From: Gammaproteobacteria bacterium
GTDB taxonomy: Bacteria; Pseudomonadota; Gammaproteobacteria; Magnimaribacterales; TMED112
Assembly (NCBI GenBank): GCA_038147295.1
Contig: JAYQTH010000002.1
Coordinates: 74,243-138,242, forward strand
Reading direction: 5' to 3'
DNA length: 64,000 nt
The position numbers and the translations under genes are program-made. This document shows, in pieces, positions 28,737 through 37,515 of this stretch; the stretch's first letter is position 1; every line of letters begins with the position of its first letter. Under the pieces are notes generated by a model, which made no database searches, had not been told where the DNA came from, and was given only the letters and a program-made list of their open reading frames with translations.

Positions 28737-29975
28737 TTAAGAATTTGATCGACTGATATTCTTTGAAATATTGGCTCCGAGGCCAACTAAGAATAATGCT
28801 AATGGAATAATAGCCAATGGAGCTGTATATAAAACCAACCCAAGTGTTAATAGTGAATTAAATAAAAGGCCACCTGTGGCATCACCCAACCTGTTTGTAA
28901 AAGTATCAATGAATACCGTTGATTTATATTTTTCCTTTTGTGAAAGCGTTGTGTAAACTGCCTCTCTTGCTGGTTTATTAAGGCCATATTCAAATGGTCT
29001 CATGACACCTTGCAGGATCAGAAAGATCACCACTCCTGAATTGCTCAACAAATATCCAGAGAAATGGCCTGAAATTGCTAGAAATGCACCTACAAAAAGT
29101 ATGCCGTAAATAGTTAATACAAACCTTATGCCTAGGAACTTGGACCTCAAAATCAGAGATGTAAGGAAAATTTGAGTAAAAAGCGTAAGCAAAGGCACAA
29201 ATTGATCTGCCTGACCAAAGACTTTTGTTTTTTCAGCTGAAGTAGCTGCGTAAGCATTTACAATTTCAAGCTGGAAAAACCACATAGCTGTAGATAAGCA
29301 GGTCCATATGAAAGCATATAAGATAAAACTTCGTATCAATGGATTGTTTTTTATTTGAATAAACTGCTCAAATACTTCTTCCATTGAGCTATCCTTTCTA
29401 GAGCTTAAGTCGTTCTCATCCCTTTTTATTAATGATGAAAAATATACTGCCAATATTAAGGAGGTAACGGTAATGATTAATGAAAGAATTTGTTTGTCGT
29501 AAAGATAATTGCTAACTAGAAAGCCAGCACAGGAAGCGCCGAAAGAACCACAAGCACTAATTAAACCAAAATATTTTTTTCCCCCTTCGATATCAAAAGA
29601 GCTAACTGTTAGTGCCCAAAAAATTGCAACTATAAAAAAATTGAAGATGTTATACCAAACATAAAAAATAGCTTTAATTAAAAATAGATCCGGAAAAAAA
29701 ACATAGAACCATAAAAAAATTAGTAAATTAGAAATAAAAAATCCGTAAATGTAGATCGCAATTCTATTTTGCTTAATTTTTGAAACTATGAACGAATAGA
29801 GTGGATTAACTAAAAGCATCAATAGCACAACAATGAAAAGATAAAAAGTTAATTCCGAAGTTCCAATATCAGCTGCAATAGTATTTCTAAATGGCCTTAA
29901 AACGAATAATGAAAAAAGAACAAAAAAGAAAAACAAGCCAGAGAAGATTGTATTTTTAGAAAAGAATGATCCCAT
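28737..29975 (-). CDS. multi-pass transporter, MFS-like (N-terminus reminiscent of Npt1/TLC-type carriers)
   Basis: 412 aa with about 12 hydrophobic segments. Family assignment from ..VLRPFRNTIAADIG.. is weak. Confidence 0.45.
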   Translation of the reverse strand: MGSFFSKNTIFSGLFFFFVLFSLFVLRPFRNTIAADIGTSELTFYLFIVVLLMLLVNPLYSFIVSKIKQNRIAIYIYGFFISNLLIFLWFYVFFPDLFLIKAIFYVWYNIFNFFIVAIFWALTVSSFDIEGGKKYFGLISACGSFGASCAGFLVSNYLYDKQILSLIITVTSLILAVYFSSLIKRDENDLSSRKDSSMEEVFEQFIQIKNNPLIRSFILYAFIWTCLSTAMWFFQLEIVNAYAATSAEKTKVFGQADQFVPLLTLFTQIFLTSLILRSKFLGIRFVLTIYGILFVGAFLAISGHFSGYLLSNSGVVIFLILQGVMRPFEYGLNKPAREAVYTTLSQKEKYKSTVFIDTFTNRLGDATGGLLFNSLLTLGLVLYTAPLAIIPLALFLVGLGANISKNISRSNS

Positions 29976-30046
29976 AAATGCTCTATACCCAAACTATCAT
30001 ATAGCAAAAATGTATATATAATGAACTGCTTGAAATATTAGGTTCA

Positions 30047-30409
30047 ATGGTAGAAGAGTTAATCAACAATTATCCATCTTTAAGAGGTTTCATTTTTGGC
30101 TTTGTCCATGTTTTTATCACCGTCATTGGTTACTACACAGGCTGGAGCATTAACAGGCTATTGAAGGTTGCAAGCAGAGGCTATATTGCTGGCATTATCG
30201 GAGCAGCAATGGCACACATAGTAGCTGATTTGGTAGCTTCAATTATTGACCCATCAATAAGACCAATGACGCTTGGGATAATTTTAGGTGGCACACTACC
30301 ACTCTTAATGATTCCAATATTTGAGAAATATCTAGTAAAAAGCAAGGATCACATCATGGTCGGTGACCATGAAGATATAGAAAAAGATCTAAATAAAGAT
30401 CACAAATAG
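30047..30409 (+). CDS. hypothetical membrane protein
   Basis: 120 aa. Three hydrophobic segments and a His/Asp-containing tail (HIMVGDHEDIEKDLNKDHK). No family recognised. Confidence 0.45.
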   Translation: MVEELINNYPSLRGFIFGFVHVFITVIGYYTGWSINRLLKVASRGYIAGIIGAAMAHIVADLVASIIDPSIRPMTLGIILGGTLPLLMIPIFEKYLVKSKDHIMVGDHEDIEKDLNKDHK

Positions 30410-30411
30410 CC

Positions 30412-31668
30412 CTACTTGCAAACAGAGAGTTCAAGCTCAGATACGCCAATAGCTTCTGACATGGCAAAAAATACATCGGTGTTATCTAGGATACCTGAAA
30501 AATTTTCTGCTCCAGGACCATAGGCAAAAATTGGAACCATCGCGCCGGTATGACCGCCTCTGCCTACTGCAGTATTCCATGTGGCTTTAATATTTTTTGA
30601 TGCTTGATACCTTTTGTTGTCTTGCTCAATAAGTAGGCCTCCAGTCTCATGATCGGCTGTTACCAATACCAAAGTATCTTCTCTTGATTCTGCAAAATCT
30701 AAAGCAGCATTTACTACTTCATTGAATTCATCCATTTGCGCAATCATTCCAATGAAATCGTTATCGTGCGAACGCCAATCAATTTGGGAGCCCTCTGCCA
30801 TAATAAAAAAACCTCTGCAATTTTGATTTTGTATTGTTTGATTTGATAGCTGGTAAGCGTAATTAAACATCTGCAACAATGATGGATCGCTATCAACCAA
30901 ACCAAGTTCCTCTTGAGCAAATAGGCCAAAAACTTTGGAGTCCAAAGAGTTTGGTATATTTTCTAAATCGTCTGTCGACTTTAAAAAAACATAGTCCTTG
31001 ACCATTCTCTGTACAAAGTTATTTTCATCTTTTCTTAAACCGCCTAAAGTTTCTGGAATAAAGAAGCCTCTTCCACCTCCTAATACAATGTGATTTTTTG
31101 AATAGAAGATATCAGAGGCAATTGCATCGGTGTTGTATCGCGATGTATTGTGCGCTGCAAACGATGCTGGTGTGGCATGCGTTATCTCAGATGTAGCAAT
31201 GATCGAATTAATATAGCCTCTTTCAAATAATATCTCTGTAATATTGGGAACCGATGAGCCATCTGGTGCTGTGCCAATGTATCGGTTCTTAGTTTTAACT
31301 CCTGTGCTATATGCTGTAGCTGAAGCAGCTGAGTCAGTTACCAAACTATCAACCGCATGTGTTTTAACAAGGCCTGAAGCAGAGAATCTATCAAATGCAG
31401 TAATAAAATTAGGGCCGCCCTTGGTTACTCGATAAGCTGCTATATGGTTTGAGCCCATACCATCGCCTATGAGTAAAATTATATTTTTTGCTTTAGAAGA
31501 AACTGGAGCTATTTTTTTTTGATTTACTGTTTGATCAAAATCAAAGTCAATTAACTCCATATCCTTCTCAGGCACACTAATGAGTAATGGAGCATATTGA
31601 TTGATTAAAAAAAATGTCGCAAAGGCACTTAAAGCAATAGTTAATAGGTACTTAAAGAAGGTCTTCAT
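30412..31668 (-). CDS. phoA: alkaline phosphatase (PhoA family)
   Basis: 418 aa with a signal peptide. LIGDGMG, the active-site DSAASATAYSTG, ..ADHETGG.. and ..HTG.. metal ligands. Confidence 0.88.
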   Translation of the reverse strand: MKTFFKYLLTIALSAFATFFLINQYAPLLISVPEKDMELIDFDFDQTVNQKKIAPVSSKAKNIILLIGDGMGSNHIAAYRVTKGGPNFITAFDRFSASGLVKTHAVDSLVTDSAASATAYSTGVKTKNRYIGTAPDGSSVPNITEILFERGYINSIIATSEITHATPASFAAHNTSRYNTDAIASDIFYSKNHIVLGGGRGFFIPETLGGLRKDENNFVQRMVKDYVFLKSTDDLENIPNSLDSKVFGLFAQEELGLVDSDPSLLQMFNYAYQLSNQTIQNQNCRGFFIMAEGSQIDWRSHDNDFIGMIAQMDEFNEVVNAALDFAESREDTLVLVTADHETGGLLIEQDNKRYQASKNIKATWNTAVGRGGHTGAMVPIFAYGPGAENFSGILDNTDVFFAMSEAIGVSELELSVCK

Positions 31669-32477
31669 TTAGTGTCTAAGGCACTATCTTTGAGTTTTAA
31701 TTGTTGATTTTTTGGCAATGAGTAATCAAAATTTATCAATGCACCTTCCCATGCTCCATAAGTTGGATTGGCAAACATATACCAAGATGTGCCCCAATAA
31801 TCTTTGTATTTTTTTGCAATATTGACTCTATCTTTTGGAGGTAAAAGATTTTCCTCTATGTCGACAAAATCTCCAAAATTATCACCAAACATCATCAATA
31901 TTCGGTAATCTTTTGCTATAAGTTCTCTTCTGGAAGTTTTATTAGAGCCCCAACCGTTCTCTCCTTTTGATAATATTAGATCCAACTTTGATGAGAGCCT
32001 AAAACCTAATTTATCAAAATTATTTATTGTAGCTTGCTCAATTTCTAGCACTCTATTTGTAACAAAGAATACTTCAACCCCTTTTGATAAAGCATACTCC
32101 ATGAATTCTTTTGCTCCAGGCATGAATTCTGCTTGCTCTTCTTTAGCCCATTCAATCCAACCATCTGGGTATGAGCTGCCATTGCGTATTAGGCGAGCTT
32201 GATAAGCGATGTTATCCAAAACAGTCTGATCAACATCTAAAATAATTGCAGGTGGTTTATTCTGATATTTGCCTGTTTGCTCAAGAGCTGCAGTATGATT
32301 CTTATCCGCTATCAATGCATCAAGATTATCCTGTGCTGACTTATATATGGTCTGTGAATTTGCATATGCTTCTGCTGAACTTTGGGCAAATAAAGTTGCC
32401 ATCAAGGATTGATGTTCTTTGCTATCAGAGTAGCTGATAAGAGATAAAGTTAAGAATAAAAACAGTGCCCTTTTCAT
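31665..32477 (-). CDS. class C acid phosphatase / 5'-nucleotidase, lipoprotein e(P4) family (HAD IIIB)
   Basis: 270 aa with a signal peptide. DVDQTVLDN (DDDD motif part 1), ..FGDNFGDF.. and ..YWGTSWYMFANPTYGAWE... ATGA overlap with phoA. Confidence 0.8.
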   Translation of the reverse strand: MKRALFLFLTLSLISYSDSKEHQSLMATLFAQSSAEAYANSQTIYKSAQDNLDALIADKNHTAALEQTGKYQNKPPAIILDVDQTVLDNIAYQARLIRNGSSYPDGWIEWAKEEQAEFMPGAKEFMEYALSKGVEVFFVTNRVLEIEQATINNFDKLGFRLSSKLDLILSKGENGWGSNKTSRRELIAKDYRILMMFGDNFGDFVDIEENLLPPKDRVNIAKKYKDYWGTSWYMFANPTYGAWEGALINFDYSLPKNQQLKLKDSALDTK

Positions 32478-32525
32478 ACCGTTCTCTATTCTAATAGATG
32501 GGAAATAAAAGTGGTTAATATTGAT

Positions 32526-35114
32526 TTACTTTTTTGGAGATAATTCAAACTGGATATTTATCATACGTCCTCTCGGATCATGCACCCTAGTATCAAAACT
32601 AAAGTCAGGCGCATCGTAAAGCAAAGGCGGCTTCTCATCCAACAGATTAATGAATGCTAAGGAACCTATGAGGTCAAGATTTTCAAAATAATTACCAAAA
32701 CTCCTCTTTATAGAAAGATCAAACATTAAGGAAGAGTCTATCTTCGATCTGTAACCGATATTTAAGGCAGATTCTGGTATTGCCCTATTATTTTTGTAGC
32801 TGTCTATAAACCTTGCGATAAGCCCAAATTGATAGTCTTGATATTTCCAATCTAAAAAGCTGTTTATCCTCTTTTTGGGTAATGAGTGGATGTTTGAATC
32901 AAAATTATATCTTCCAACTCTATTTATAAGTTTTCCACTCTCACCCCCTTCTTGCAAAGATGGAGTTAAAAATTCAGAAATTTGGGTGGCTTTTACAGCA
33001 AAGTCCAATTGCCCATAATCACCGAGCTGAAAAACTTTTTCATACGAAAAATCAAGCCCAGAGACATCCGTTACTTCCTCATTGATGTAGGTTGTTGTAA
33101 CTCCAATTAAATCTCCAAGCTCATTTCTAGTGATGCTTGGGCCATATGGGTCATTAATGAGTTTAGCTTGAGCACTTTCAGCAATAATTCTGCCTTTGTA
33201 ATTTATATTCCAGAAATCAAGAGAAATAGCTTGGTTTTCGATCTTCCAGATAAAACCATAATTTTGATTTGTTGCCGTAGAAGGTTGTAAATTTGGATTA
33301 CCAATTTGCGCTTGTCTAACGAAGATACTGGCATCAAAATCTCGCACACTGCCAAGATTGATTTCATTGGAAAACATTTGCGCCATTGATGGCATAGAGA
33401 AAGAAGTGCCACGTGAAAACCTGATTACAAATGAGTCACTAAACAAGGTTGTAAGCGCAATTTTTGGGTTAAAGGATGAATCATTTTTAAAATTTTCGTA
33501 CCTACCTGAAACTTGTAAATCCACAAGATTTTGTAATTCTGTTTTAGTTTCAATAAACAGGGCGCTTTTATTTCTATTGGCATCGACATTTTGACCACCA
33601 CCAAGAAAAAATAAATCTGCTACTCTCAATAGCTTACCGCTAGCATCAAATTCCGTTCTCGCCAGGTCGTTGTAGGTAATTTTTAATGCTTCATTAGCCA
33701 CCTGCGCTCCAAATACAAAAGAAAAATTTGAGTTAAATTGGGAAGATCCAATTAAATCGAGCGAGGTTAAGTTGCCAATTTTCTCTGATTTTTCCGATCC
33801 TCTTACATAATTCACTAAACTTTCACTGTTGAGATTGGGTTCAAAAATATTCCACCTCTCATTGCCATTAACGCCTCCCCTTCCTTGCATCGCATCTTGG
33901 AAGCGTGAATCAATAACATCTGGTCGATTATGAAAGTTTTTATGTTCGCTGGTAGTCAGAGATAATTCAAAATCATAATCATCTACAGTAGTAAAAAAAG
34001 TATAGTTAAAGTGATATTGGCTAATATCTTTGGGAGAAAATGGTGAGGGATATTGCGATCCCAGCGGCCGCCCATACCATCTCACAGGAACATTAAAAGG
34101 AGATGAGCCTTCTCCAGGCTCAATAAGTCGTGATAAGTAAGGCAAAGCTGGGTACGATGGCGACTGTGGATTATCAATGACTCTAATATTTGATGTAATT
34201 AAAGAAATATTATGAATCTCATTTGAAGCACTTATATAAAATTTTGAATGATCTTCCTCATTGACGATATTAAATCTGTTGCCATAAAGGAATCTACAAA
34301 ACCCACTTAAAATTCCACCATTCTCTACACAATTTGGATCTGGCACAATCTGACCCTCTTCATATGATCCACTATAAAGACCATCTTCAATTTCATCTGC
34401 ACTCGTTACAATAAATGTATTGCCTAAACCACTTATAGCTAATTCGGCTATACCATCTATTTCAGAAGCAGATAAGGGCGACCTATTCAGCAAATTTGCG
34501 CCTAAAACCAAATCCCAATTTCCTAAAGTTTCACCAAACAAGAAACCAATATTTTGATCTTTTTGGTTGTAGTTTGTCGTTGTTTGATCCCCAAACCTTA
34601 GCTTATAACCATCGAATTTTTTGTAAGTAATAAAATTTACAACTCCGGCAACGGCATCTGAACCATACAGTGATGTTGCTCCTTCTTTAAGGATCTCAAT
34701 TCTTTCAAAAGCAATTTCAGGGATAATGTGAGCGTCTATGTATCCCTCACCATCGTTTGAAGGTGTGCCAGCAAAGGTATGTCTTTTTGAATTAAGCAAC
34801 AGGAGCGTTGAAGCTTGATCCAGCCCACGCAATGTAATTGAAGACATGCCTTGATCGATGCCCCCTAGGGTGTTTGCCTGAAAATTGGATCCAGATGCTG
34901 AACTTAAGTATTTGCTTATCTCTGCAATGTTTGTGATGTTTAGGTTTAAATAATCTTCTTTTTGAATTATTTCTGTAGGTGTTAAATTTGCTCCCTCATC
35001 GCCTATATAAGAACCAGTAATAACGACTTCTTCAATATCATCATCAGGGAAAATAAATCCTGAAAAGGAAAATAAGAGTTGTAACAATGTTGCCTGTATT
35101 AGTTTTTTAAGCAT
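32526..35114 (-). CDS. TonB-dependent receptor
   Basis: 862 aa. Signal peptide, DDDIEEVVITGSY TonB-box region, plug (..ITLRGL.., ..IEILKEGATSLYGSDAVAGVVNFIT..) and a long beta-barrel. Confidence 0.9.
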   Translation of the reverse strand: MLKKLIQATLLQLLFSFSGFIFPDDDIEEVVITGSYIGDEGANLTPTEIIQKEDYLNLNITNIAEISKYLSSASGSNFQANTLGGIDQGMSSITLRGLDQASTLLLLNSKRHTFAGTPSNDGEGYIDAHIIPEIAFERIEILKEGATSLYGSDAVAGVVNFITYKKFDGYKLRFGDQTTTNYNQKDQNIGFLFGETLGNWDLVLGANLLNRSPLSASEIDGIAELAISGLGNTFIVTSADEIEDGLYSGSYEEGQIVPDPNCVENGGILSGFCRFLYGNRFNIVNEEDHSKFYISASNEIHNISLITSNIRVIDNPQSPSYPALPYLSRLIEPGEGSSPFNVPVRWYGRPLGSQYPSPFSPKDISQYHFNYTFFTTVDDYDFELSLTTSEHKNFHNRPDVIDSRFQDAMQGRGGVNGNERWNIFEPNLNSESLVNYVRGSEKSEKIGNLTSLDLIGSSQFNSNFSFVFGAQVANEALKITYNDLARTEFDASGKLLRVADLFFLGGGQNVDANRNKSALFIETKTELQNLVDLQVSGRYENFKNDSSFNPKIALTTLFSDSFVIRFSRGTSFSMPSMAQMFSNEINLGSVRDFDASIFVRQAQIGNPNLQPSTATNQNYGFIWKIENQAISLDFWNINYKGRIIAESAQAKLINDPYGPSITRNELGDLIGVTTTYINEEVTDVSGLDFSYEKVFQLGDYGQLDFAVKATQISEFLTPSLQEGGESGKLINRVGRYNFDSNIHSLPKKRINSFLDWKYQDYQFGLIARFIDSYKNNRAIPESALNIGYRSKIDSSLMFDLSIKRSFGNYFENLDLIGSLAFINLLDEKPPLLYDAPDFSFDTRVHDPRGRMINIQFELSPKK

Positions 35115-35129
35115 CGAGAGAAATAATAC

Positions 35130-35147
35130 AAGCTTTTGGAAAAGCTT
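35130..35147. repeat. 8-bp inverted repeat with 2-nt centre (AAGCTTTT GG AAAAGCTT), function unknown
   Basis: Read directly from the sequence. Lies 16 nt upstream of the TBDR start codon at 35114. Confidence 0.5.
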
Positions 35148-35171
35148 CCTAATTTAAGAAGGAATAAACGA

Positions 35172-35191
35172 GAGAGGGCGATTGCCCTCTC
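35172..35191 (-). terminator. putative intrinsic terminator after the HE-rich TBDR
   Basis: The minus-strand RNA gives GAGAGGGC-AAUC-GCCCUCUC (8-bp GC-rich stem) followed by UCGUUUAUUCCUUCUU. It sits 16 nt after the stop at 35207. Confidence 0.6.
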
Positions 35192-35206
35192 ACATTATTA
35201 GAAGAA

Positions 35207-37465
35207 TTAAAACTTCAGGCTAAATTTAATACCTATGTTTTTGCCTGGAAGTGGAACTTCATCTTTGACAAAAGATGAATGGTTCCTTGCCACTTCATCA
35301 AGCAAGTTATTCCCAAACAAAGATACATTTAGCTTGCTGTTACTACCTGCAAACAGCTTTCCTAGGTCGTAACTCTTTGTAAGTCTTGCATCAAGCATCT
35401 GATACCCTTTAGTTGGAGTTTCATATTCATTAATATCTTTTTGAGTCTTAACATCTTTAAAAGATATGGCTCCAGAGAATCCATTATTGCTTTCATAAAT
35501 TGCAGTAACAATATTTCTTTTTGGAACTATACGAGGCACAAATCCTCCACCATTAGCAAACTCAGCTGTAACACTGTCCATAGCATAAGTAAAAATAAAG
35601 TTGCCATTTGGTAAAACAACATTTCTTCCTACTTCAAACTCATAGCCATAGAAGTCAGCATCTTTCTGCATATAGTTGGATAAGATCAATCCTCCATGAT
35701 CATGATGCTCTTCGCCTTCATGTTCTTCATCTTCATGCTCTTCGTGCTCTTCCTCAGATTCATCTTGAAGATAAATATAATTATCAACTGCATTACTAAA
35801 GTAGGAAAGATCAGCAAAAAATTCGCCTCTTGCCCAACTCAATGACAGGTCTGTATTATTTGATCTTTCTTCTTCAAGATTTACATCACCAACTTCATAT
35901 CTTGAAGTGGCTAGATGAGGTCCATTTATAAATAGTTCAACAGCTGAGGGTGCTCTAGCTACACTGGCAAAATTTAAGCTTAAGGATAAATTTTCATTTA
36001 AATCAAAATCTATGCCCCCTGCAAAACTTAAAGCACTAAAGTCAGGGTTAAAAAATTCTACCTCGCCTTCATGCTCCTCATGCTCATCTTCGTGCTCTTC
36101 TCCCTCATGCTCATCTTCGTGATGCTCTTCCTCCATTATTGAACCCTCTCTATCTATAAGGTCATAGCGAACACCTAAATCGACATGCCCAAACCCCATC
36201 TCTTTTCCAAGATAAAGTCCAAAAGTAGCCTCAGAACTTGTAACTGGCAACATATAGGCTTCTTCACCAAAAATTGATACTTCTTCTTCAGCTAAATTTA
36301 TAGAAATTTTTCGTGATAAATCGTTAGATGAAAAATCAAATATTGCGCCATATTCGAGTGCATCGTTTTTAAATAAGGTAGGACCTTCGGCATGATCATG
36401 TACATCCAGCATCTCGTCCTCATGTTCCTCGCCTTCATGATCTTCTTCAGCATGTTGTTCTGTTAAAGAGTAATCTGTATCTCTTAAAAAATAATCAATC
36501 TTGCTGATCAAAGATGAATTTAAATTTAAAGAACCTTCTAAATTAACTACATTTGATTCAGTGGTTGAAAATATTCTTTCATCCTCATGTTCATCATGTC
36601 CTTCTTCATGTTCCTCGCCTTCATGATCCTCTTCATGCTCGTCATGACCTTCATGACCCTCTCCATGAAATGGAATGCCATAGGATGACTCAAGATTATT
36701 AAATGACAATCCAACATAGCCCCAGTCGCCTGTTTTTGATAAACCAAATCTTGCTGAGGTAGAACCATAGTCTGAGTTTGCAAGAAAGCTTAGATCTTCT
36801 TCATGCTCCTCTTCGTGTTCCTCTTCTTCATGTTCTTCTTCCATATGCATAATTGCACCGTCAGGAACGTCATAGTTTGCAAAATCTGAATCTTTAAAAG
36901 CTGCAGAGACATTGAATCCTGCAAAATTGCCTGAGAAGTTCAAACCAATGCTAGAGCCATCATTAACAGATTGTGATTCAGAACTTAATGCGAGGCTTAA
37001 CTTATCAAAATCTTCTTGAGCAATTGTATTGTCGACAATATTTATAAGCCCACCTATAGCACCATTAGCATATAGTAGAGATGAGGGCCCTCTTACAATT
37101 TCTATTTGCTGAATGTTGTTTAAGTCAACCTCGTTAATATGGTCTCCTCCAAGTGCAGAAACATCCCTAACAACCATGCCATTATTGAGGATCTTTACTC
37201 TACTTCCAGATAAACCACGAATAATTGGCTGACCAACACCAAAACCATAATCAGATGAAGCAACGCCCAGTAAGTTGTCCAGTGCTTCACCTAAACTTCT
37301 TGTGCCATCATTTTCAATATCTTCACCTGAGACAATGTGCAAAGGGTCTTCAAGTTCATTTGACGTTTGATCTAAAATTGATGACTGAACTACTACCTCC
37401 TCGATATCTTCCTGTGAGAAAAATACAAAGGGTATTAAAACTAAACTTATAAAAAATCTTTTCAT
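35207..37465 (-). CDS. TonB-dependent receptor with five His/Glu-rich low-complexity insertions (putative metal receptor)
   Basis: 752 aa. Signal peptide, EDIEEVVV, plug (IIRGLSGSRV, IEIVRGPSSLLYANGAIGGLINI) and a terminal ..IKFSLKF. HE tracts at aa 207-224, 267-296, 338-359, 444-468 and 569-590. SD AAGGAGG upstream. Confidence 0.9.
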   Translation of the reverse strand: MKRFFISLVLIPFVFFSQEDIEEVVVQSSILDQTSNELEDPLHIVSGEDIENDGTRSLGEALDNLLGVASSDYGFGVGQPIIRGLSGSRVKILNNGMVVRDVSALGGDHINEVDLNNIQQIEIVRGPSSLLYANGAIGGLINIVDNTIAQEDFDKLSLALSSESQSVNDGSSIGLNFSGNFAGFNVSAAFKDSDFANYDVPDGAIMHMEEEHEEEEHEEEHEEDLSFLANSDYGSTSARFGLSKTGDWGYVGLSFNNLESSYGIPFHGEGHEGHDEHEEDHEGEEHEEGHDEHEDERIFSTTESNVVNLEGSLNLNSSLISKIDYFLRDTDYSLTEQHAEEDHEGEEHEDEMLDVHDHAEGPTLFKNDALEYGAIFDFSSNDLSRKISINLAEEEVSIFGEEAYMLPVTSSEATFGLYLGKEMGFGHVDLGVRYDLIDREGSIMEEEHHEDEHEGEEHEDEHEEHEGEVEFFNPDFSALSFAGGIDFDLNENLSLSLNFASVARAPSAVELFINGPHLATSRYEVGDVNLEEERSNNTDLSLSWARGEFFADLSYFSNAVDNYIYLQDESEEEHEEHEDEEHEGEEHHDHGGLILSNYMQKDADFYGYEFEVGRNVVLPNGNFIFTYAMDSVTAEFANGGGFVPRIVPKRNIVTAIYESNNGFSGAISFKDVKTQKDINEYETPTKGYQMLDARLTKSYDLGKLFAGSNSKLNVSLFGNNLLDEVARNHSSFVKDEVPLPGKNIGIKFSLKF

Positions 37466-37515
37466 ATTCTTAAACCTCCTTATTTGTAAAATATTTGAAA
37501 ACTAATTTGAGAAAA

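Noticed and set aside
35608-37452. Track ORFs inside the HE-rich TBDR gene, on either strand (35608-35799, 36547-36783, 37225-37452), some His/Met-rich
   Set aside because: They are by-products of the repetitive GAA/GAG/CAT coding tracts read in other frames. The TBDR frame is continuous and carries all family motifs.
37466-37515. AT-rich partial palindrome (GTAAAATATTTGAAAAC) upstream of the HE-rich TBDR, considered as a possible Zur/Fur box
   Set aside because: Only the central AAATATTT is palindromic and the match to Zur or Fur consensus is poor. In a genome this AT-rich such matches are expected by chance.
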